The notes beneath the pieces are model-generated. The model saw only the letters and a program-made list of their open reading frames with translations, made no database searches and had not been told where the DNA came from. From assembly GCA_028534125.1 (NCBI GenBank), contig CM052816.1, forward strand, positions 46,130,001 to 46,194,000: a stretch of 64,000 bases of DNA. Reading direction: 5' to 3'. Positions 50,825 to 63,699 of this stretch are shown here, one piece after another; the stretch's first letter is position 1; every line of letters begins with the position of its first letter. A program made the translations under genes and the position numbers. The DNA comes from Lama glama. Taxonomy: Eukaryota.

Positions 50825-53319
50825 GGGCCATTTCTGTGCCTTCTGCTACCCTGGAAAAATCAGAGAAATGAAGGGCAAGATGCAGATCCCTGAGAGCTCT
50901 CCTGGTATAGCTCAGCTCTGGGCCAGGGCCATCTTGAAGTCAGAAGTCCATCCCACCATTCCTCAGAAATGGCCTAATGGTTTTTCTGATTTAAAAAAAA
51001 AAAAAAAAGTCAGAAACTCTTTGGAGATTCACTTTGAGTCTCACTTTTATTTATACAGCCTAAGTTAAAGCTCATATGACTTGTACAAAGTGTACCTGGA
51101 TCTAACTTTTGATAACCTTCTGTAGAATCTCAACTGCTTAGGGCAGAGTTGGCTTCCCAGGATGCATCATTGCAAGTCCACGTGTCTTGGGAATGCAAGT
51201 CTGAACTTAGATCTAAATTTCTGTGAGGACACAAGAGAATGTACAGGTGGTACCAGTAGGTTCCAAGAGACTACATTTTTGTGCCCAACTTATTTCTCAG
51301 AAGAGCAATCCTGCCACCTCTCATGCCCTCAAGATTAGAGACGGATTTATGTAGGACATAAGTTCCCAGCTTCACAAAATCCAATCATTGTTTCACCTTT
51401 AGCGAGGATAGAATTCATTGGTTAAGATTCCTATCATGACCCTGGGAAGTTTAGTAGGTAAGAAAGAAAATTTGAGAACTTACTCCTGAGTTGAGAACCC
51501 AATGGTTGTTTTTATGGTTGAAATTTTAAACCGAACTTAAACTTTTGAATATTCAAGTTCATACCTTCTTGGCAAAGCATGACCTCCCTTTCTTCACAGA
51601 GAAAAATTGTAAAAACTTCAAAAGTCACTTTTTAAATCATTTTAATTGCAAATGAATTAGAAACGTAAGGATGAAATATCTCTGAAATTGCACATAGTTG
51701 CTAATACTAGAAGGAAAAAGATTAAAACAGTTTCTTTCAGACTTCATCAAACCATAAATAGCCAATATTCTTTAGGAAAATTTGGGAGGTGGGGTGCATA
51801 AATACTGTATGGTTCCTTATTTTTTTGATATTAATAGAATTGAGGAAAAATTTATCTTGAGTATTTGTAGTGACAACCTCAAATCTGACTTACTCTATTT
51901 CTAAAGGGGTGTTTTGATTTCCTTTCCTGCTTTTCTGCTTTATGCTAACTTTATTCTTCTAACTATATGTATTATCCAGAGAACCATTAATAAATCCTTG
52001 TAGGAAATGTGCCTTCAGTCTTACTGAATTCTCAGGATGAGTCTGTTTTTTAACAGGGATTGGCTATAACCTATGTTGGATCAAGTTTGGTTAGAAGTCT
52101 AAACAATCCTGAATCATTACTATGTTACTTTTAATAGTCCCATATCAATGATACTGAACATTTCCACACTTTGACTTTAGGCACATTGATTTACATGACA
52201 GGCTCAGTATAATTTTTCAGTCTATCTTTTAGTAATTTTTGTCCACCTCCATTTAATAGCATTTATTTTGTCATTTCATTTTTCTCTTACCAGTTTCTTT
52301 ATGGATTTTTTTTAAAGGAACAGTTTTAGCACACTCATGGCATTGAATGTAATGTTACTTTTATTAATTTTGTTGAGGAACAATCAACATTTATTGAGTG
52401 CTTACTCTAGACACAAATACACAAATGCTTTATATCTGTTGAGCTCTTGTACGTGGGGACTTTTCACACAGAATTCTAAACCCAGTAATACATTCTGTCT
52501 GAAGGCAAATGCTCTATACCTTTCTTACCTTCTCGCATTCCCTAACCCCCATGCTGCCACTTGGTCATGCTCCACAACACTTCTTGCAAATCTTTTGATT
52601 AACTATGTATTGCAGTTATATACAACCTAGGAGACCAGGAAGAGACTCTTGTATGAGAAACAGGGCTATACTTCACCTGCTTATAAGTTCAGAACTTGTC
52701 ACAGGTAAGGACACCCAGGACATCTTTATTGATCCGTATGCCAACCTGTTCTGCTCCCCTTGTATATGAGAGGATCATGAGACTAATTCTTTAAACTGTC
52801 TCCTAAGATCTATGTGAGAAAGATGTAAAACTCGAAGGTTAAAGAGAGATCTGTATACACTGTACATACGTGCGTGTGATGATTTACTTGCATGAAATGA
52901 TCTACTAGGTATCTTTGCGATGGGGGTGTGAGGAAGCCTGATTTCTATGCTTCTTTGGGCTAAAATGAATATGGAAAAGGAGGTTAAGCGTGAAAGTGTT
53001 GATGCTAAAACTTTACCGTACCTCACTGATGCCATTTCAGTCTTCACTGGCCCACGGCATATCTGGATTGCCCAACAGCCAGACAAAACCCATGAATAGG
53101 GCAATAAGAAAATAAATATACAAATAAACTAACAAATGAATACATACATACATACATACATTTTGGATTTTAAACAGTGATATTGAAAAAAGTAGCATTC
53201 ATGTTGTGCCAGGGACTAACCATTCTCCTGATTGCACCCAAGCTGGTTTCTTCACTGCTTTCTGGGTGGGGAGGGAGCCAGCCCTCGGTCCTAACTTCCA
53301 GTGTCACCAGTGTCAGTTC

Positions 53320-53730
53320 AGCTCTTTCAGGAAATATTGTCTGACAAGCTGTAGTAAATCTGTGGAGATCGAAGGGGTGGGAAGTGGGAGAGGGCAGATC
53401 TGCATCCTGGCACAGTGCTCATCTGACATTCATGAAAGAAGAATGGGAAGAAAGGAGAACTGAGTAGCAAACGGTTCAGATTTGTTGCAGTTCTGAGAAA
53501 CTTTCAGCCAGGCCAATGAGGAGTCCCCTAACAAAGGCAGCTCACTCGAGCCCAGCATTGAGTATGAACAACCAGGCTCAAGTATCCCAAAAGCTTAGTC
53601 CTGGGTAGGGGGAGGCATGGACTCAGCATTAACAGCACCATGATCGAGGGGCGCTGCAGCTGACGCCAGGTGCACCTGCAGCCTGTTCTCTTGGGGAGAA
53701 CTTAGTGGCAGACGTTCAAGCGCACCCACA
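53320..53730 (-). mobile_element. LTR16-family (ERVL) solo LTR
   Basis: tgcagttctgagaaactttcagccaggccaatgaggagtcc, aagtatccc, gcatggactcagc, gcgctgcagctg; ends cccaca. Confidence 0.7.
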
Positions 53731-54244
53731 TATCCTTGAATTTCGATAACTTGTGAAATCTTTTTGTTGGGGCCTAAAGTTCACTGAAGTGTCTTAGCAT
53801 GAACCTCCCACTGGCACACTTATCGCTTTGGTGTCAGTCAGCTCACACAGTCGTTCAACTACATTCATCTCCCTTCTCTGTGCCAGGGCCTTTGAGGTCA
53901 GTCCTTCCAAGCTTACTTTGCTCTTCTAACTCTTAAAAATCGTTTTCATCTCGACTCTTTCTCTAAGTCTCTTTTAAGAAAACAGAATTAACAACAATAA
54001 TAAAATGTTCCTTTGTAACATCCTCCCCACAATAATGCTATTCAAGAATTTCAACTTCTTATACTATATATCTTTTTGAGGAATCATCTCTTACTGCCTT
54101 TTCTCTTGTGTTGGTGTGGCAATTAAGAACTATATAACTTTTATTTTGGAAGAGGACACTAGGACCTCTGGAAAAACTGGAGTTAATTCCATGTATAATA
54201 ATAACTTTGGGAAGGAATTTTCAACTTTCTGTTTGCTTCCCCTA

Positions 54245-54610
54245 TGTTATTGATTAAGGTAATTAATGCTACTTGCCACAATAAACAAACTCTGAAATCT
54301 TTGTATCTTAATAAAAATTATCCATCACAGTTTTGCGAAGGGTTCTTTTTCATTTGGCAACTCAAGGATCCAGGTTTCTTCCATTTTCTCATGTCCTCTT
54401 ATCATCGCATGACTCAGAAATTGACTGTAGCAAGCAAAAAGAGTAGGAGACACATTGGCTCTTAAATGCTCTGAATGAGAAGTGACATCTCACTTCTCCT
54501 CACATACAGATCTACCAGAGCTCACTTCTGTGTCCCAGCCCAGCTGCAGAGGATGCTGGGAAACATGAAGGAGCAGTGACCCTTGTTGAGCACTGTTTGT
54601 TTTTGCACAC
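54245..54610 (-). mobile_element. MaLR LTR (MLT1I-like)
   Basis: actcaaggatccaggtttcttccatt, ggctcttaaatgctctg..agaagtgacatctcacttctcctcacat, ggatgctgggaaacatg. Confidence 0.7.
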
Positions 54611-55147
54611 CATGCCAACTTTGCTCTAGCCTCACTCCAGGCTGGGCTGGGGTGACTACCTGTCCTTTTTTTTTTTTTTTTTTTTCTGTTTCATAGCCCC
54701 TGAAACATCTCAATATGCATATATTCTCTCCCTTACCAGGAAAGAAAGGACAAATATTCAAAGAAAGAATGAGATATTTCTAGAGATACCTTTAGTTTAA
54801 ACTGTTCATCTAAACTTCGCGTTTCTTGATGCCAGTATTATTATTTATGTTTTCAAAGTTTGAGGTATTTCTCCTTTTTTCCAGATGTCTTATTTGCAGG
54901 ACATTATTTGAGGGACTAGAATCAAGAGGAACAGTAGAATAAGGGTAGAAAAAAATGAAATAGTTATCTTTAAAACATATTAAACCACACCTAAAGACAT
55001 GTAAACAAATAAGTAAATTATCACAAAGTGAATGATTACATTCTATTGTAAACGTTGAACATAATGTGATAATTTTAGTCTTGTCGTTAGAACAGGTTTT
55101 TTAAAATTTGCTTATTTCTTGCAGATGAAAAATCCATTTTTACTGAT

Positions 55148-55624
55148 TGTATTGGTTTCCTATTGCTGCTTTACAAATACCAGAAATCTAGTGGCTTAAA
55201 ACAACACAAATTTATTCTCTTATAGTACTATAGGTAAGAAGTCTGAAATGCATCTTATGGGGTTAAAATTAAAGTATTGACAGGGCTAGTTTCTTCCAGA
55301 GGATCCAGGAAAAAATTCCATTTCTTGCCTTTTCTACCTTCTAGAGACGACCAACATTCTTTCACTCATGGTCTCATCTCTCCAGTCTGTGCTTCTGCCT
55401 TTTCATCACTTCCTCTGTCTTTGACCTTCCTGCTTTTCTCCTATAAGGACTGTGGTGATATTATTGGGACCACCCAGTTAATCCAGACTAATCTCTTTAT
55501 TCTCAGCATTCTTAATTTAACCATATCTGCAAAGTCCCTTTTACCATGTAAGGTAAATATTCACAGGTTCCAGGGGTTAAGGATGTGGACATCATTTGCA
55601 GGGGACATTGTTTAGTCTGTCATA
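55148..55624 (-). mobile_element. MaLR solo LTR (MLT1C/D-like)
   Basis: tgtattggtttcctattgctgct..agtggcttaaaacaacacaaatttattctctta...catatctgcaaagtcccttttaccatgtaaggtaa..cacaggttccaggggttaaggatgtggacatc; TSD-like ctgat/ctgag. Confidence 0.9.
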
Positions 55625-56275
55625 CTGAGCCATGTACAATCTTCCTTGTATAGTTTATATTCTTATCTATAGCCCATGCTTATCCGCCAGCTGAATGAAG
55701 GTGGGAATATAATCTGTAGTCATGATACTATAGAGTCATATCACGAAACTAAATGACAGATGCAGTAGCAAAATCTTCAACATGAGCCAACTATGAATTG
55801 GTTAATGAATGCACACTTAATAGGTGGCACTGATAACCTGGAAAGAGTTGAGCAAATTTGTATAGAAGTCAGTGAACCTTTTGGGAACAGAGAGATCAAG
55901 ACCTCCACCACTTCCCTCTTGGGACTGAAAGTTCTGTCTTCTTTGATAGATTGTGGCAGCTAGGCCACAGAGGTCCACAGGTAGGATAGATTCCCCAGTC
56001 ACACTATATACTAGGTGGTAACATACTAGGGGCAATAAAAATTTACCTCATAGAGAGAGATTAAATTTTTAATTTAAGTCACAAATACCTCCAGTCACAA
56101 TAATAGATGGATAATCTAGAGGTAAATAAGTTCTCTTAAAGTTACATAAACTCAGTAAGGTGAGACTATCTTAATAGACCTGATTCTTTCCTGGTTATTA
56201 ATCTGATCCTTCTAAACTTAGACCGTGTTCTTCCTTGTAAGTGTCATACACCAGAGTCTGATATTTTCTATGACC

Positions 56276-56729
56276 TAATGGTTACCACTGTAGTGGTGTT
56301 GTTGTAGAACTACTCTGAAATCTTTTAACCAATGTAATGGAATTATAATGGGCTTATAATGGGCTCCCCATAATTTCTTTTTACTATTGTAATGCTGTCA
56401 TAATGGCATTCTAAGGGGTTCTCCGTAAACATATACTGAAATCATTTTGCCACCATCTTGACAGTGAAATGAGTCCCCATAGAGTTTATCTGAAATTGTT
56501 TTGCTCTTCTAATGGCATTATTAATGCAGTCTTCGTAGACTTACAGGGAAATTGTTTGACCGTCATAATGTGGTCTTCATAGACTTACAATGAAATAGCT
56601 TACCAGTGTAATGTGGTTTCCATTAACTTGCACTAAAATCATTTTCCTGCCATAATGGCATTATAATAGGGTATCCATGAACTTGGACAACCAAAGTTTG
56701 GTTCTCTTGATGGCATCATAGCAGCATTG
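56276..56729. repeat. Degenerate tandem array of 43-56 bp units, family not identified
   Basis: About 8 units with approximate consensus [TAATGGCATTA]TAATGKGGTCYYCATAGACTTACACTGAAATCRTTTTRCCRYCR; GAAAT-type anchors at ~56316, 56437, 56491, 56547, 56591 and 56634. Confidence 0.85.
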
Positions 56730-58311
56730 CTACTAAGACAATTAAAGTAATGTTGATGCTCTGTTGTGTCATAAGCAAAGACTGTAAGTAATGCACATCT
56801 ACTTTTCACACTTAAGTATCATGTGGTTTTTCCTTTAAAAGTAATGTCCTGACCACAATATACTTTATAAACCAACAACAATCACTTCTCAAATAACTAG
56901 ATGAGAGAACCCTAGATTCTTAGGGCAGAAGATCTCATCTCATGCACCCTCTATATAAATTTGAATGATTTTTATTAATTTGACCATTGTTTTCCTTTTT
57001 TTAAGAAAAAAATATGACATATTATTTCCTGTTGGTCCTTCAAAAAACAAAAATCTTATTGCTTTTTAGCCCTTTTTATATTGTAATTTATGATTTTTTT
57101 ATGAGGTTAGAATGAAGCAAGTCTTTACTTTCTAGTCCTTAGTATGAGCATGCTGAAGTGCATGACTTATAACCTTGGTCTCTTGTATTTAAAAGAGACA
57201 ACACAAACAAAGAAAACTCATTGGTAAATGGATATGATATAAAGATAGATTAAAGGCATGTAATGAATAGAGTGGATTAAATATTTCCTGGATGCACAGA
57301 CCCAGTGTTAGGTACATTATTCAGACATGCAGGCAGAGTAAAAGGTGTGATGTTGAGGGAGTTTTAGGTTTGCATTGGGTGCAGTTAGGTTACCAGTAGT
57401 GCAACTTATGCAAACAGCTTTTTGGGACCCATCTTCTACAGAAAGCTTGTCAGCCCAGAAAATTTTAATCGATCCTTCTCTGAGTTAGCAATAGCATCAT
57501 GAAAATGTTTTGATTTCAGGAAGCACATGTTATGCTTGTATTAGTATGGATTTGATGTCTGTTGTCATTAAAATCCTACTGTGCTCCTAGTCTCATTTCC
57601 TTTAGGCACACCCATGAGTTCTTATATCAGAAAGCAAGCCTATGTAATTAGGTATGAAATAGATGGGGACATCTGCACATGATTTAGATAGAACTTTAAT
57701 TATCTTGTAGAAAAGCACGTGGCTGTTTTATAAAAGCCACCAGCCGTGTCTTTGTCTTGGTGTGAAGAGAAAATTGCCTTGAAGGAGTTCCTTTTTTGGC
57801 TCTAGAATGTCTCTCTAAGGTTGACTCTTCAGTTAATTGTATAATGCAAGTATGATTATTGTCCCGGAAAAAGGGTATAGCATGATGACCTTTTTGGTAA
57901 GAATCATCTCTCTAATACTCACTTAATAGATACTGATCATCACTGAGGAGGGGGTGAAAAAATTGAATATAGAACCAAGAAACCTTTTGGGAGCAAGGGA
58001 AGCAAGACCTATACCATTTTCCTTTTGAGATTCAATCCTAGCCCATCTTCTTTGATGATTAAGATGAGTAGACAACGGAGGGTCACAGGTAGAAGAGATT
58101 CCCCAGGGGTGCCTAAGTGGGTTTATACCACATGGGATGTTTGGAGTGGTAACTGAGTTCAGAGCCAAGACCTTTATGGTCATTGTCTGGTGGACAAAGG
58201 CAGTGGGGAGTTTGTCTCAAGCTTGTAAGTTATCCCAATGCTCTGTGTGCTTTCAGACAAAAATAATTCAAATAGTAGTAATATTGCTGTATTTAGGATT
58301 TTTCTTTGTGC

Positions 58312-58450
58312 CTTTCATGAATCATCTCAAAACAACTTTATGATACATATCTTACCCATGGGAAAGCAGGGAGGAGAAATGACTTGTCCAAGTTCTCACA
58401 GCTCTTAAGTGGTTGAGCCAGGGATTACCTTAGGCAGCTTGACTCTGGTG
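58312..58450 (-). mobile_element. MIR SINE
   Basis: gagaaatgacttgtccaagttctcacagctcttaagtggttgagccagggatt...ggcagcttgactc. Confidence 0.7.
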
Positions 58451-59324
58451 TCTACCTATTTTTGAACTGTAACATTTTGGGATCCCAAGCTTGGGACACC
58501 CTTGTCTCTAGCATACTGACACAGTCGGATCTTACTTTCAGGACTGAGTTCCAAAATGGTAGGAATGATTTCAGAACCAGAATTTATGCTTAGAGTGGTA
58601 TAAAGGAACACTTGGGAAATAAATTTCCAGCCCTTTGGACTCTGAGAAAGTATTGTCAGGACACTAGTGGTATCATAGCAACAGGTGAATTTAACATCCC
58701 AGTGTGTGGATCTGCATGTGTTTGCAGCAGACTGAGGAACGTTCTTCCATTGAATTGATGAGATTTCTAGTTCTTTCCCCACACTATGAAGCAAAACTGA
58801 TCCCCTTGGAATTAAAAATTCTCTAGAGTTCTTGAAATATTCAGGGAGTTGGAGGAGTCCCAAGAGAGATACTTGAGTTCCTGCTAATGGGAATGTGATG
58901 GCTCTAGAGATTAATTTGAATGCTAAAAATAGAAATGACCTCATTTATATCACAAGTTCATGAAACAGGCCATTTTGCATATCTGCAAAGACCTATGGAT
59001 TAACATATACTAGCCAGATTTCATAAAATAAAAATGCAACCAATGATTATCTCAGAATTACTTAATAAAAGCCACTGGCTTTTACTTCCAAGATTGTGTT
59101 ACAGATTTATGAATAAAATAGAAAAACAAATCACAATGGTCAGAGGATAATAACAAAATAACATTATGATAAAGTTAAAAAGTAATATGGATATCACCTG
59201 ACATTAAAAATGGCAAAATAAAACATTTACGGTTCTTAGCATTCTATCATTTCACTTTTGCAAAAGATTAATGTCAACACTAAGGATGTTATTCATTCAT
59301 CAACATTAACAAGAGGTCTTACAG

Positions 59325-59622
59325 GTCAGTGGAAAGAACACTCTGACTATCAGACAGGGTATAGTAAAACCTACCTCATAGGTTTGATGTGAAGATGAGA
59401 TGAAATCATTCACCTATAGCATTTACCATAGCACTTGACACATGGTAAGCATCCAACCAACGGTGGCTCTCTCTCAGTGTTTATTGTTGTGTTATTGTTA
59501 TTTGCCAGTAAGCCATGTGGCTTCAGACAAGTCATGTAATTTCTCTGGGTCGTAAGTGGGCTATCTTCAAGAGGGGAGAATCAAATTAGACAGTCTCTAA
59601 GCCCTTCGTAATATTCAAGTTG
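59325..59622 (+). mobile_element. Two MIR-family fragments (MIR 3' half inside or next to a MIR3/MIRc-like copy)
   Basis: acctacctcataggtttgatgtgaagatgagatga...acacatggtaagca, then gacaagtcatgtaatttctctggg...tagacagtctctaagcccttc. Confidence 0.65.
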
Positions 59623-61079
59623 TATTAATATACACTGATGGAATTCTGATGGTAATATTTTCTGCAAACTTCTTTAAGATAGGTCAAAATTATGTAGGCA
59701 CAGGTAGTAAAACTCTTATAAAAATTTGATAAAAAAAACAACTGAGTTGTTTAGACAAGTTGTGTAAAATACACTTGATGTGACCTGCTGGACAGCAGAG
59801 ATGAGGACTCCAAGTGTAAGAATGATTATGGACTTTATAAATAAATAAGCTGGTGGCTGAATAGCAAGAATTACTGCCAAGCATGGGCTAATCATGGAAT
59901 GAGTTACTCAGTAACCTCTCAAGATCCTGGAACTGCAACATTATCAGCAGAATTTGCTTCAAATAAAAATATATTTTTGGTTGGTAATACCAGTTATATG
60001 ATGCATTGTGGGACATCAGAACTCTTTCAGAGGGAGTCTTTCGAAATATTCTGATATGCAGAGGAAACAGTGTGTCAGTCAGTCAGTATGATTTATGGAG
60101 ATGATTTGGGCAAAGTGCTGTCCAGGTGCTGCAGAAGAACAGAAATTAAGCCTGGTAGCATCAGACATCCAGACAAACATTAAGCTGACTTCAGTGGAAA
60201 TTGGAAACTAGAGCTAACTAACTATATGGCTTAAAGGGTAGAAAATGAGATACAGTAAAGTACAGGCATAGCTCTTGACCTTGAAAATTTCCAAAGCTTT
60301 CTAGCCTACAGTTAATACTTTCCTATTTTGATATAACCTCAGGATTCTGACAGGTAGAGCAAGACTTTGAAAAAAAATTTTTTTCTCTTTGGCATGAGAA
60401 AAATAGGTGTTTGGCTTTTTGAAAAATTAAAACTTTAGACTCTGTTAATGAACTCTTAAAAAGTGACCCTAGACCTGTAGACAAGTTCTCTCCACATAGA
60501 GGTACCTAAGAAAATTATGAGACATGGTGGGAGAAGATGGTAGCATTAGTGATGAAAAGTCTCCCATCTTGGTCCCTAAAATCCCTGAAGTTACTCTGTG
60601 TCCTACAGTTTTTCTCTTCCTGGATTCTTTAAGCCACCTCTTTATCCTTTCTTCATGCTTAAGCTGTGACTCACAATAAAAATATACTAACAATATATCA
60701 CTTGCCCATTCTGTCTCTTCTCTCAGTTCTCTGAATTATTTGATCCTTTTCTTAATCAGCTCTTCTTATTCATCTTAACTATTACTACTCATCTCAAGAT
60801 TTATGTTTTCTGAATACAAGAAACAATGATGAAAGAGTATGGAATATTTTAAGGAATGACTTTATAACCCTTCAATGGATTATTACAACTCACATTTAAG
60901 TAGTGTATGCATTTCAGCTTCTGCGACATAAATAAATAGCTATTCATTTAATATGTCATTAAGTAGCCCCAATTTTTCAAACACTATACTTTGAAAAGTT
61001 TACTGTACCCTTCTGTTCAGTGAGAATATAAACCATTCCTACTTAGAAGCTTTTTTCAGGATAAGTTCCCTAGACACAG

Positions 61080-61870
61080 ACTTTTAATTGAGGTATAAAT
61101 ATATATACAATGAGGGAGAAAAGTGTGCAAGCCTGAGGTATACAGCTCAACTGATACCCTTGGTGTATATAAGTGCGTATACTTTGGTAATAGTTAAATG
61201 GACACACACACACATACATCTCTGCTATGAAGGAAGTGTCTCTATTTACTTTCATAGTCAATACCATTATCTACCCACCTCTCAGTCCTCTTCCTGCCAA
61301 GAAGTAACCACTATTTTGACTTCCGTCATCACTGATTGGTTTTGCCTGTTCTTGAAAATCACATAAATGGAATCATAGTTAGTTGTCTTTGTGTCTGGCT
61401 TCATTCACTCACCATTGTGTCTGTGGTAGCCACCCAAATTGTTATGTTAGCAACAAATCAGCTTTTTCACGGCTGTGTAGTATTCCGTTGTATGAATGTA
61501 ACAAAATATATTGATTCAGTGACTGTAAATGGACACTTGGGCTGTTTTGAGTTTTTGGACATTAAGGGTAAAGTTGGAATAAGCATTCTTGTTGCAATTT
61601 TTGTGTGACCACATTTTTATTATCTTAGGTTTATGTCTTGGAGTGGAATTTCTGGGTCATAGAGTGCTATATGTCTAGCTTCAGTAGATACTGACAGTCT
61701 TACAAAGTGGCTGAATCAATTTACGTTCTCATCAGTATGTAGGAATGAGATGCTGCAAATCCTTCCCAATGCTCAGTATTATATTTTTAATTTTAGCTCT
61801 TTTGGTAGATGCATAGTGTTATATATTCTTATATGCATTTAATGTGAATTTCCATGATTTATGATGCAAA
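61080..61870 (-). mobile_element. L1ME-like 3' region
   Basis: ttttaattgaggtataa, aagtaaccactattttgacttc, tagtattccgttgtatgaatgta, atggacacttgggctgttt, ggagtggaatttctgggtcatag. Confidence 0.85.
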
Positions 61871-61979
61871 ATTCAAAAATTCGCAATTGAAATTTTGTGT
61901 TTCTGTGTAATAGGTTACCAGCTTCCATGGCAAACATGTACAATCATTTACAAAGTAACACTAAAATACTACCATACTG

Positions 61980-62140
61980 AATTGGTTGGGAGTTAAAAGC
62001 TGGGTTCTAATTTTAGGTCTGCCAACAACTGATAGAGTGATCTTGGACAATTTATTTTTCTTATCTGGCTCTTGGATTCCTCACCTATTAATTAAGGGTT
62101 TAACTTGCATTGTTGGAAGGTTTTTATTATTTCTAACATA
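61980..62140 (+). mobile_element. MIR3/MIRc-like SINE
   Basis: ctgggttctaattttaggtctgccaacaactgatagagtgatcttggacaa...ttcctcacctataa. Confidence 0.7.
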
Positions 62141-63537
62141 TATGGTTTAATAAATATTTTATTCTCTGTCCTAGTCTACATCTCTGGCTAGGGAAAGACC
62201 CTGACTGTGTACTCAGTGGAGAGAAAGACACATGGAGACAAAATAGATATTGTTTTCTAGGTCATTTTTTTAAATCAGTTGTCAGATTCCTTTGGATTCA
62301 TTTAGAGTTTTAATTCTTTTCCTTAGCAGAAGCTGAAAGTCTCTGATGGTCTGAATTACCACTTACCCTGGAAGAATTTTTTTCCTGCAAGATTCCCAAA
62401 GAAATTCCTTCATGGTCCTCTTGGCAGAGGGACTTTGCTCCAGGGCCACCAGCTCTCTCTCATTAGTGCTGACACAGCTCTCCTGTCAGGTCTAAATCTT
62501 AAGGAGGATTATGCCCTCACCAGAGTGAATGGCTTCCCATCTGCTTCAGGGAAATTCCATAGCTCAGGAGTGTTGGAGCACATCATGTGGTCACAATAAC
62601 AAAAATCCATTTTTTGTTACATGTAGTTGGAGCAGTTGTGATCCAAATTAGTGTAAGGGTATTCACTTTTGTCTGTATTTGAACTGGAGCTAAAAGAGGA
62701 ATATTCTTTTTCCTTTGGGTCTAAACCCAAACCAATGGTGACTGATGGCCTAAGTCATACATTTTGTTTTTCTGTTAAGATTTTCTTAATTCTACATAAA
62801 TGAATGATTCCATCGGAGACTGTCCTTTGTAGTGCCAAAATTGCTACCAAGTGTAAAGCTAGCCTCTTGTAAAAACTGCATTAACTCTTCAAAGACATTT
62901 GATTTCTAGTTACTGTAGTGAAGTCATTATTACATGGAAATGAATCTGGTGCATCATTGATTTATAAATTTTTGCGAGCATTAAACCTATGCCAGGCAGT
63001 AGGATATTCCTAAGTATACAATAGTCAAACAAACAAACAAACAAAATCTTCCTCTCTTTCTTTGCCTTTGTGGACTTAGAATCTGTGGATGTCATTATGC
63101 AAAGTTCTTAAATTTCAAGCCTTACATCCAAGAACCTGAACTCAGTGGCTAAATAGGGAAATCAAATTTTAAAGAATGACTAGACATTCAAAAGGATCCT
63201 CCACCTATAGGTAGAAGAATTATTTTCAAGCTTCTCTTTCTTCTACAAATATTGTGTTACTTCATTTGATTTATCTGGTATTGTGCTAAGCCCTGAGGAG
63301 TCAGGAGTGAAGGAGACAAATGTGCCTTTTGTCCTTAGAGTTTCTGACCCATGGCTGTCTTAGATTCTGCTTAGAGAATTCCGTGTTTAATGGCTGAGAG
63401 TCTGGACCACGACTAAATTATTAACAACACAGTTCTAATCTTCATATAAATGCTTTCTGCTCATATGTATCCTCCTCCCAGGGTGCCCAGGACTTGGTTC
63501 TTCTTTCCCTTCTAAAACTATAAACATGGCGGAGTGG

Positions 63538-63556
63538 CTGTGTGTGTGTGTGTGTG
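63538..63556. repeat. Short (TG)n microsatellite
   Basis: About 9 TG units. Confidence 0.85.
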
Positions 63557-63699
63557 CACTTGACCATATTTGGTTTGTCAAGAGTGTTGCAGCTTGGGAG
63601 GAAAATGAAATGAGAGAATAACTCTCACATCTTAGATATGCCCCATCAAGCTTGCATATTAGTTACAGCCTGCTCCACTCTATCCCATGCAAACCGGTA

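Noticed and set aside
52876..52941. C/D box snoRNA (GTGATGA...CTGA)
   Set aside because: No terminal stem and no recognisable rRNA-complementary guide
53320..53730. LTR16-like element as the LTR of the ERV-L pol relic
   Set aside because: It is on the opposite strand and about 21 kb away
54477..54498. 9-bp hairpin gagaagtga-catc-tcacttctc
   Set aside because: It lies inside an MLT1 LTR and appears to be inherited from the element
56276..56729. CRISPR-like array
   Set aside because: The units are homologous along their whole length with no unique spacers, no cas genes are present, and the context is mammalian
58456..58944. Longest ORF in the track (162 aa, minus strand) as a gene
   Set aside because: No recognisable domain or supporting gene structure; this length is compatible with chance in 64 kb over six frames
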